Source of the DNA: Candidatus Aegiribacteria sp.
GTDB taxonomy: Bacteria; Fermentibacterota; Fermentibacteria; Fermentibacterales; JCC-6
Assembly: GCA_046498225.1 (NCBI GenBank)
Contig: JAWOBF010000026.1
Coordinates: 1 to 13,630, forward strand
DNA length: 13,630 bases
Direction of reading: 5' to 3'
This document shows positions 6,959 to 13,630 of the stretch, one piece after another (the first letter of the stretch is position 1; each line of letters starts with the position of its first letter). A program made the position numbers and the translations under genes. The notes beneath the pieces were generated by a model that was given only the letters and a program-made list of their open reading frames with translations, was not told the origin of the DNA and did no database searches.

Positions 6959-6970
6959 AACTGGAGATTA

Positions 6971-7921
6971 TCAGTTGGTCAGGGCGAACACGCTCACTGA
7001 AAATGCTTCGTATTCCAGGCTGTCTATGACCATGGGAGATAGTCTGTCCATAATGCTCACGGCGTCACCCAGATCGTAGGCGTTGTAGTCGAACAGGGCG
7101 GCCACCTGGACTCTTCTGTCCCCGATATCCTGCCTCTGCAGCCTTTCTGCGACGGTGCCTATCAGATCGTTCAGCTGCGCCCCGGTGAATTCGGGGGTGG
7201 TTATTGCCCTGTCCACCTGCACGTTGAACTCCTCCACTCTCCCCCTCATCATCTCCGGCGTGAAGTACAGCTTCACCAGGACCGGACCCGGCACCGTGTC
7301 CACCGTGGACTGCTCCAGCCTGATCAGGGGGGCTGAGATGAAGTCGGTCTCGGTGGTATCCGTCCATGAACAGAGCCTGTCTATGTCGAGGGGGTTGAAC
7401 TCCCTCTGGCTTATCTTCTGCAGGACGAACGTGGCGGCGGGTCTGAGGGGAGTGGTCCATTTGCCCAGGAAGGAAACGGTGGAGCCCTCTGGTATGGCGG
7501 TCATGTCAACGTTGGTCCTCGGAAGCGCATGGGACGCGCTGTCGTCGAAGACGTAGACTATATCGGACCCGATAAGTGTCGCCACGGGGTCTTCCGGTAT
7601 TTCCGGTTCTATCTCCTGGAACCGCTCCCTCTCGGGCAGTTCGGGCGTGTACTCCGACCGCTGGAAGGAATGGGTGATGACGAAGGCGGCGGCCAGACCC
7701 ACCAGGGCTATCAGGATACCGACAACGACAGCGCCGCTTCTGGAGGGAGGAACTTTGAATTCGCTGCGCTCCCTGAACGAGGCGGGCTTGTCCAGCCTGC
7801 TCTGCAGGGCGCTTCGCTTCTCGCTGATGCTGTCGTTCTGGGTCGAGAGTTCGAAGCCGCAGTTGTCGCACCTCCCGGTGTCCCTCCCGTTGTTGTCATA
7901 TCCGCAGCATCTGCATACCAT
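6971..7921 (-). CDS. Zinc-ribbon + single-TM membrane protein with uncharacterised extracytoplasmic region (316 aa)
   Basis: CRCCG...CDNCG at the N-terminus, TM segment AVVVGILIALVGLAAAFVI, acidic Pro-rich linker. SD GGAGG. Confidence 0.8.
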   Translation of the reverse strand: MVCRCCGYDNNGRDTGRCDNCGFELSTQNDSISEKRSALQSRLDKPASFRERSEFKVPPSRSGAVVVGILIALVGLAAAFVITHSFQRSEYTPELPERERFQEIEPEIPEDPVATLIGSDIVYVFDDSASHALPRTNVDMTAIPEGSTVSFLGKWTTPLRPAATFVLQKISQREFNPLDIDRLCSWTDTTETDFISAPLIRLEQSTVDTVPGPVLVKLYFTPEMMRGRVEEFNVQVDRAITTPEFTGAQLNDLIGTVAERLQRQDIGDRRVQVAALFDYNAYDLGDAVSIMDRLSPMVIDSLEYEAFSVSVFALTN

Positions 7922-7956
7922 TCAAATACCTCCGAAAGCCGGCTGGAGAGGCCCGG

Positions 7957-9636
7957 TCAGTTTTCCTGCGGCGAATCCGGGGAAGGCGCATCATCCCGAA
8001 TAAAGCCTTCGATAAAATCCCTGTCAACTTCAATATGATATACAGAAGCAAGGCTGTCTACAAGTGCCGCCAGCACCTCTTCCTCTTTCTCCGCTCGAAG
8101 CATGGCGGCTATCTCGTCCCGCGATTCCTCGAAGGTGGCCGGCCGCTCCGGGTTTATCTCCAGCGGCTTCAGCACCAGCACCCTCTCTTCCGACACGGAA
8201 CAGGTGACCGTTTCTTCCATATCCGCTCCGAACATGATGTCCCGGTACGGCTGGGGGATCTCCGAGGAATAAATCTGCCTGGTCAGGCTCTCCTCCCCCG
8301 GGGCCAGAAGGCTTGGGACAGGGGTGAACTCATCGGCCAGGCCGAAAGGTTCCATGCCCCGGCCCATGATGCTGTCCAGGAGCTGCAGCTGCTGCTCTCC
8401 CACCGCGTTCACAACCCGGAACACCCTTGTTTCGGGAACCACGAGCGAGTCGCGGTACTGCTGGAAGACCTCCAGCATCTCCTCTTCGCCGGATACCAGC
8501 CTGGGCTGGATGACCTCCTCGTAGTAGATGTCCAGAAGATGATCGTTCAGACGGGGCCGCAGGTAATTCACGGTTTCGGGCAGGGTGTCCATTCCCTCTC
8601 TCCTGGCTTCCATGGCCAGTATGTCGTAAAGACCCAGAAGCCCGGCGTACCGCTCTATCCACTCCGGGTCGGACGGGTCCGTATCCGGGGCGGAGGGGAG
8701 ATTGCGGATGTTCTCAGCCAGCTGGTAGACGGTTCTTCCCCCGCCTTCGAAGGAGTAGGCCTGCATCTCCTCCTCCTCCGGGGTGAAGGGTTCGTAGTCC
8801 CTGCTGCCCCGGGGGAAATGGGATGCCAGAAGCTGAGGCATGCCCTCCTCTATCTGAAATTCCCAGGCCGTCCTGAGGCTGTCGAACAGCACTTCCTTGT
8901 AGTCCATCTGCATCCTGCTCCGGATCCTTCCCCCCAGGACATCCCGCAGCTCGTCCAGTGGCGGTGGTTCATACTGAAAAAGGCTGTCAATCCGAAGGAA
9001 GGTCCATCCCTTGCGCGAGGAATCCACCGGCGAGACCTCGCCGGGCTGCAGCCCCTCCATGAGACGGGCGTCGACAGGGGCCACCTGCATTCGGTCCAGG
9101 GGGCCCACAACTCCCTGCCTGGCGGCCTCTACCCGGTTGGTCGAGAACTCCTGCGCCAGGAGGTTCATGTCCTCCCCCCGCATCACAAGCTGCCTCAGGC
9201 TGTCGCTCAGGGCCCTGTCATCCACTGATATGACGGTGTACAGAACATTCTCTCCCATTCGGGAATAGAAGTTCTCCACGGTGTCCGGTGGAAGGGCCAC
9301 TTTCCGGTCCAGTATCCATTCGAGCCAGACGGTCTGTATCTTCTCCCGCTCCCTCTCCCAGGCGTACAGGCTGAATTCCCGGGTTGTATCCAGTCCGCGG
9401 TCCCTGGCGTCCTGAAGGATGAGAAACCTGTTGACCAGGTTATCGACCCCGCGCTCCACCATCATCGAATCGCCTCGGAAGTTCTCGAGCATCGCAGCCA
9501 GCTCACCGGCGGCTACCGTTTCACCCTCGACTTCCAGTACCACCCGGTCATCGGCGGGAGAACTTTCTTCCTGGGACCGGCCGCCGCACCCGGCGACCAG
9601 AATGAACAGAGTGAATATCGTGCAGGTACGAAGCAT
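7957..9636 (-). CDS. Lipoprotein foldase, PrsA/SurA/PpiD-like with two parvulin-like domains (559 aa)
   Basis: Lipobox LVAG-C and SurA-N-like helices (LILQDARDRGLD, LAMEARREGMD). Parvulin-like GEDMNLLAQEFS...GVVG...LQPGEVSPV, plus a second degenerate repeat ending in TFEESRDEI. Confidence 0.8.
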   Translation of the reverse strand: MLRTCTIFTLFILVAGCGGRSQEESSPADDRVVLEVEGETVAAGELAAMLENFRGDSMMVERGVDNLVNRFLILQDARDRGLDTTREFSLYAWEREREKIQTVWLEWILDRKVALPPDTVENFYSRMGENVLYTVISVDDRALSDSLRQLVMRGEDMNLLAQEFSTNRVEAARQGVVGPLDRMQVAPVDARLMEGLQPGEVSPVDSSRKGWTFLRIDSLFQYEPPPLDELRDVLGGRIRSRMQMDYKEVLFDSLRTAWEFQIEEGMPQLLASHFPRGSRDYEPFTPEEEEMQAYSFEGGGRTVYQLAENIRNLPSAPDTDPSDPEWIERYAGLLGLYDILAMEARREGMDTLPETVNYLRPRLNDHLLDIYYEEVIQPRLVSGEEEMLEVFQQYRDSLVVPETRVFRVVNAVGEQQLQLLDSIMGRGMEPFGLADEFTPVPSLLAPGEESLTRQIYSSEIPQPYRDIMFGADMEETVTCSVSEERVLVLKPLEINPERPATFEESRDEIAAMLRAEKEEEVLAALVDSLASVYHIEVDRDFIEGFIRDDAPSPDSPQEN

Positions 9637-9739
9637 TTGAACCTCCGAGAAAATAATTGTCTTTCCTTTGAATGGCGTTGGACTATATTTGGGTTAATCT
9701 AACGAATCGGCACGGCATTTCAAGTCAGCGGAGGCGGAT

Positions 9740-11077
9740 TTGGCTTTATTCCAGCAGACGGCTCTCATCATTGCACTCGCCGTGGCCATGCCGTCCATAC
9801 CACCATCGTGGAGGGCCGGCATCGCCGCCATGGACGCGGAAACCGGAGAGCTGATCATGGAGCTCAACAGCAGCAGTACCTTCAGGCCGGCCTCCACGGT
9901 CAAACTGGTCACCACTCTTCTGGCGATGAGGGAGCTTGGTCCCTCCTACGTCTACCGAACACGGATCATGGCGGACACGCTGGGAGGGGGGCTCTACGCG
10001 GTGGGGTCCGGAGCCCCGCTGCTGGGGGGCGAGCATATCCGGATAGCGGCCATGGAAACCGCCGCAGCACTGGACCCCGGGTCTTCATGGGACCTTTTCT
10101 GGGACACCACCAGGTTCCTGACCGAGAGCCACAGTCCCGGATGGGACAGTTCCGACTGGAGCCGGACCTACTGCCCGCCGATCGAGGGCCTGTCCGTAGG
10201 GGACAATATCGTTCAGCTCACCGTCTCCACCAGGGGTGACACGGTGAGGATACTCACCTACCCTCCCCTCCCCGGTCTTCAGGTGGTGAACAACCTATCC
10301 CCGGGCGGGGAGGAGTCGGTGAGGACCCGGGTGGAGGGGTGGGATGAAGGCAGGCCCCGTCTGATACTGGAGGGGACCATGCCGCCGGATACCCATCTCG
10401 TTCTTTACAAACCCTTCGCCGGCCCTCCGGCGGAATTCGCGGGAATGCTGGCCATGGAGCTGGAGAACTCCGGCATAAGGATAAACAGCATCATGCCGGG
10501 AAGACTGCCGGACACCTCCCTCGCTGTTCAGACCTCCGTCATTCGCTCCGACCCGATGTTCGTTCTTCTGGCATCCATGAACAAATGGAGCAGGAACATG
10601 GTGGCGGAGATGGTCCTTCGCACGGTGAGCCTGGAACAGGGTTCCACGCCGGCTTCCACCGGGGCGGGCTGCGACGCGGCGGGCCTGATGCTGACGGAAC
10701 TCCTGCCGGAGCTCACGGATTTCCAGCTGGCCGACGGATCCGGTCTCTCCAGGCACAACAGACTGACGCCCCTTCACCTGGCCATGGTGCTGGCCGCGGG
10801 AACATCGTCACTGCAATGGGGTGCGGAGTTCCTTGCCACCCTGCCGGTGAACGGAGTGGACGGCACTCTGCGGTCCAGGATGACCGACCTCCCTCCCGGG
10901 GCTTTCCGGGGAAAGACCGGAACCCTTAACGATACCTGCACCATAGCCGGAATACTGACCGGTTCATCCGGCAGAAGGATCATACTGGTGATAATGCTGG
11001 AGGTGCCAACCGGGAACACCTGGAGGGCCAGGTCCCTTCAGGACAGCATCGTATCCTGGTTCTGGGAGAATTACTGA
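9740..11077 (+). CDS. dacB: D-alanyl-D-alanine carboxypeptidase/endopeptidase, peptidase S13 (PBP4)
   Basis: PASTVK (SxxK), KWSRN (SxN), DGSGLSR and KTGTL motifs, plus a signal peptide. SD GGAGG before a TTG start. Confidence 0.93.
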   Translation: MALFQQTALIIALAVAMPSIPPSWRAGIAAMDAETGELIMELNSSSTFRPASTVKLVTTLLAMRELGPSYVYRTRIMADTLGGGLYAVGSGAPLLGGEHIRIAAMETAAALDPGSSWDLFWDTTRFLTESHSPGWDSSDWSRTYCPPIEGLSVGDNIVQLTVSTRGDTVRILTYPPLPGLQVVNNLSPGGEESVRTRVEGWDEGRPRLILEGTMPPDTHLVLYKPFAGPPAEFAGMLAMELENSGIRINSIMPGRLPDTSLAVQTSVIRSDPMFVLLASMNKWSRNMVAEMVLRTVSLEQGSTPASTGAGCDAAGLMLTELLPELTDFQLADGSGLSRHNRLTPLHLAMVLAAGTSSLQWGAEFLATLPVNGVDGTLRSRMTDLPPGAFRGKTGTLNDTCTIAGILTGSSGRRIILVIMLEVPTGNTWRARSLQDSIVSWFWENY

Positions 11078-11083
11078 GTCATC

Positions 11084-11794
11084 TCACAGGAATGAACGGA
11101 ACCTCAGCCTGAGGGGAGCCAGGAGAGACTCCAGCAGGACGCCGCCGGAGACTTTCGAGCTGCCGCTCCTTCTTTCCACGAAAACGATGGGGACCTCCCC
11201 CACGGACGTGCCCGACTTCCATGCGTCGAAGAGGGTTTCCACCAGGAACGCGTAGCCGGAAGCCTTTATGCGGGAAGAGAGGAAAACCGGCAGCAGAGTG
11301 GAGTGAAACCCGCGGAAACCGCTGGTGCAGTCGGAGAAGGGCATGCCGGTGACGACCCTTATATACTTGTTGGCCATGTAGCTGAGGTTGAGCCTGAGTA
11401 TGGACCAGTTGAGAACGCTGACTCCCTGCATGTACCTCGACCCCACAGCGAAGGAGTAGCTGTCCAGGGCCCGGTCCATCAGGGTAAGGTGGGCAGGCTG
11501 GTGTGAGAGGTCAGCGTCCATCATGAAGACTCTCTGATACTCACCCGAACGGTGTATCCGTCGGAAGGCGTCCTGGTACGCGCGTCCCAGTCCCTCCTTG
11601 CGTTCTCTTCTCAGCAGCCGGACCCCGGGGTCCTTCTCCGCTATCTCCTCCACCCGCCGGGCCGTACCGTCGGGAGAGTTGTCGTCGATGAACATGAGAT
11701 GGAAATCGCAGTGTTCACGTATGCCCCTGTAGAGGGGTTCCACATTGGACGCCTCGTTGTACGTGGGAATGAGAACTATCCGGCGTGGTTTCAG
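11084..11794 (-). CDS. GT2 glycosyltransferase, DPM1/polyprenol-phosphate mannose synthase-like (about 236 aa, proposed CTG start)
   Basis: DDNSPDGT, MDADLSH, GSRY, DCTSGFR and EVPIVFVERRSGSSK motifs. The conserved IPTYNE motif is in frame upstream of the GTG at 11743. Confidence 0.9.
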   Translation of the reverse strand: MKPRRIVLIPTYNEASNVEPLYRGIREHCDFHLMFIDDNSPDGTARRVEEIAEKDPGVRLLRRERKEGLGRAYQDAFRRIHRSGEYQRVFMMDADLSHQPAHLTLMDRALDSYSFAVGSRYMQGVSVLNWSILRLNLSYMANKYIRVVTGMPFSDCTSGFRGFHSTLLPVFLSSRIKASGYAFLVETLFDAWKSGTSVGEVPIVFVERRSGSSKVSGGVLLESLLAPLRLRFRSFL

Positions 11795-12354
11795 GACGAG
11801 ACTCTTTCCAGGTAGCTGTTGTTCCTGGTGTCCACCCGTATCACGTCCTTCTCCTGTATGAAAAGAGGTACGGTCACCTTAAGGCCCGTCTCCAGGACGG
11901 CGGGCTTCGAGCCTCCGCTGGCGGTATCCCCCCTCAGTCCCGGGTCGGTCTTCACCACCTTCAGCTCCACGGTGTCCGGGGGCTCCACCATGATGGGCCT
12001 GTCGTCGACGAACGCGATCTTGACCTCACAGTTCTCCAGAAGGTAATCGGCGGCGTCGCCAACCAGGTCGTGATCGAGGTGGATCTGCTCGAAAGTATCC
12101 GGGTTCATCACGACGTAGGCCAGGTCGGTCTTGTAGAGCAGCTCCCAGACCCTGTGCTCGACCCTCACCTCGGTGACCTTTTCCCCGGCCCTCCAGGTTC
12201 TGTCAACGACCTTTCCCGAGAGCAGCTCCTTCAGTTTCGACCTTACGAAAGCAGCCCCCTTGCCGGGTTTGACGTGCTGGAATTCCACTATCTGGCAGAG
12301 AGTGCCGTCCACGTCGATAACCATTCCGCGCCTGAAATCATTGCTGGTTGGCAC
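11791..12354 (-). CDS. efp: Elongation factor P (lysine-type PGKG loop)
   Basis: HVKPGKGAAFVR, TDPGLRGDTASGGSKPAVLETG and VPLFI motifs. SD GGAGG 8 nt before GTG. Confidence 0.97.
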   Translation of the reverse strand: MPTSNDFRRGMVIDVDGTLCQIVEFQHVKPGKGAAFVRSKLKELLSGKVVDRTWRAGEKVTEVRVEHRVWELLYKTDLAYVVMNPDTFEQIHLDHDLVGDAADYLLENCEVKIAFVDDRPIMVEPPDTVELKVVKTDPGLRGDTASGGSKPAVLETGLKVTVPLFIQEKDVIRVDTRNNSYLERVSS

Positions 12355-12817
12355 TGACCATACCTCCGTCTTTCTTACTGTTCAGTTCAAGCAGGATGTC
12401 CAGGGCCAGCAGGTAACCCCGGGCTCCGGCTCCGGCGATGAAAGCGTCCGCCGCCGAGGCGGTTACCAGTTCTCTTCTGAAGCTCTCCCGGTCGAATATC
12501 CGGCTCAGGTGAACCTCCACCACTGGACCCCGGAAGGCCCGCATGGCGTCCATGATGGCAATGGAGTAATGGGAATAGGCGGCGGGGTTGATGATGAGGC
12601 CCATGGATCTCCCGGAAGCGGCATTGACCGCCCGCACTATCTCCCCCTCCACGTCGGACTGGAAGAACGACACGGGTACGCCCTCTTCATCCGCCCTGAG
12701 GCGTATCATTTCCTCCAGACGGTCCAGGGTGAGGCTGCCGTAATGCGCAGGCTCCCTGCCGCCGAGTTCTCCCAGGCTGGGGCCGTTGACCACCGTCAGG
12801 CCCGGCGCAGGGGTCAT
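12338..12817 (-). CDS. aroQ: Type II 3-dehydroquinate dehydratase
   Basis: NGP..G.REP..YG, FQS..EG, INPAAYSHYSIAIMDA and VEVHLS motifs. ATG at 12817 in a TGATG overlap with the TPR gene stop. Confidence 0.93.
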   Translation of the reverse strand: MTPAPGLTVVNGPSLGELGGREPAHYGSLTLDRLEEMIRLRADEEGVPVSFFQSDVEGEIVRAVNAASGRSMGLIINPAAYSHYSIAIMDAMRAFRGPVVEVHLSRIFDRESFRRELVTASAADAFIAGAGARGYLLALDILLELNSKKDGGMVSANQQ

Positions 12818-13506
12818 CAATCCTCTCCGTCGTATTCTGCCAGGTTGAGTTCCTCTTTCTCGGATTCGGTAAAGAAGGAGAGGAGGCTTCCCGGAACCGG
12901 GCGATTCAAGGCTGACGCCTCCTCTTCCAGGGGCCCGGTTTCCTCCTCTTCATCGGTCTGTACGGGCGGGTCGGGTACTATGCCCTGGGACTGCAGGACC
13001 TTCTTCATCCTGTGGGTGTCCGGGAATATTCCGTCTTCCTCAAGGTCATCTTCAACATCCTCGACCAGAGGGTCTTCGTCGAACGAGATGTCCTTCATGG
13101 ACCTTGCCTTCTCCAGCATTTCCCTGGCTTCCTCGTCGCCGGGGTTTTCGAACAGGTAGTCCTCCAGGACTTCCTCCGCCCGCGACCAGTCCTCCCGGCG
13201 GTAGTATATCTCCGCCAGGCTCCTGCGGACCACCAGGTTCTGGGGCTGCGAGGCGTACAGTTTCTCGAACACCTCCAGGGCCTTGTCCAGGAGTCCGGTA
13301 TCTATGTAGCACTTTCCCAGGACCACCGATATGGAATTATTGTCCTTCCATCTACCGAGACCCTCCTCCGCTATCTTGAAGGCTTCGTTGAACCGGCCGG
13401 ACTGTCTCAGCAGGTCGGCGAATCTGGCGCACAGTATCGGGGTGGGATTACTGACCCATTCGCTCTCCACCATCTCCAGTTCCCGCGCGGATCTGTTATC
13501 AGCCAT
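12817..13506 (-). CDS. Tetratricopeptide repeat protein with acidic low-complexity C-terminal tail (229 aa)
   Basis: Three TPR-like units (FADLLRQSGRFNEA, LGKCYIDTGLLDKA, LAEIYYRREDWSRA) followed by a D/E-rich tail. Confidence 0.85.
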   Translation of the reverse strand: MADNRSARELEMVESEWVSNPTPILCARFADLLRQSGRFNEAFKIAEEGLGRWKDNNSISVVLGKCYIDTGLLDKALEVFEKLYASQPQNLVVRRSLAEIYYRREDWSRAEEVLEDYLFENPGDEEAREMLEKARSMKDISFDEDPLVEDVEDDLEEDGIFPDTHRMKKVLQSQGIVPDPPVQTDEEEETGPLEEEASALNRPVPGSLLSFFTESEKEELNLAEYDGED

Positions 13507-13630
13507 TTTCTTCCCCCGGCATGAATGTGTTCATTATGAGCCACCCCTCTCGAATGTATGGTTCCTTCTCCCTCCGCTCATGGAAGACCACCATGTCCAG
13601 AAGGTATCTTCTGCCTTCACTCCTCAGGAC
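13499..13630 (-). CDS. 3' end of an unidentified protein (partial, ...VLRSEGRRYLLDMVVFHERREKEPYIREGWLIMNTFMPGEENG*)
   Basis: Frame is open from the window edge to TGA at 13499-13501, overlapping the TPR gene start by 8 nt. Confidence 0.6.
   Translation of the reverse strand, partial: VLRSEGRRYLLDMVVFHERREKEPYIREGWLIMNTFMPGEENG

Noticed and set aside
5825..7000. 391-aa plus-strand ORF
   Set aside because: Antisense shadow of the M20 peptidase gene, typical of high-GC codon bias.
8035..9228. 397-aa plus-strand ORF
   Set aside because: Antisense shadow of the lipoprotein foldase gene, with no recognisable motifs.
12173..13159. 328-aa plus-strand ORF
   Set aside because: Antisense to efp, aroQ and the TPR gene, with low-complexity Ser/Gly-rich composition.
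1..13630. CRISPR array, tRNA/rRNA, IS element or tandem repeat array
   Set aside because: None seen. The intergenic gaps are short and lack periodic repeats or cloverleaf signatures.

Overview
Bacterial chromosomal window, about 60-68% GC in sampled lines, made mostly of housekeeping and cell-envelope genes. These are DUF4230, a small CxxC thioredoxin, a class V PLP enzyme, YbhB/YbcL, a CDF transporter, an M20 peptidase, a zinc-ribbon membrane protein, a parvulin-like lipoprotein, dacB, a DPM1-like GT2, efp, aroQ and a TPR protein. A sharply low-GC islet (about 40-42% in sampled lines, roughly 190-1640) carries a VapBC45 (Rv2018/Rv2019)-like HTH-DUF433/PIN toxin-antitoxin pair with palindromic candidate operators. 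Two signals are missed by the ORF track. First, two genes have conserved N-terminal motifs upstream of any ATG/GTG/TTG and appear to start at a CTG overlapping the upstream stop (CTGA). Second, a 23-aa single-TM microprotein with its own sigma70-type promoter and SD leads the DUF4230 gene. No tRNA, rRNA, CRISPR array, transposase or integrase was seen. Family calls come from motif recognition by eye, not database searches.
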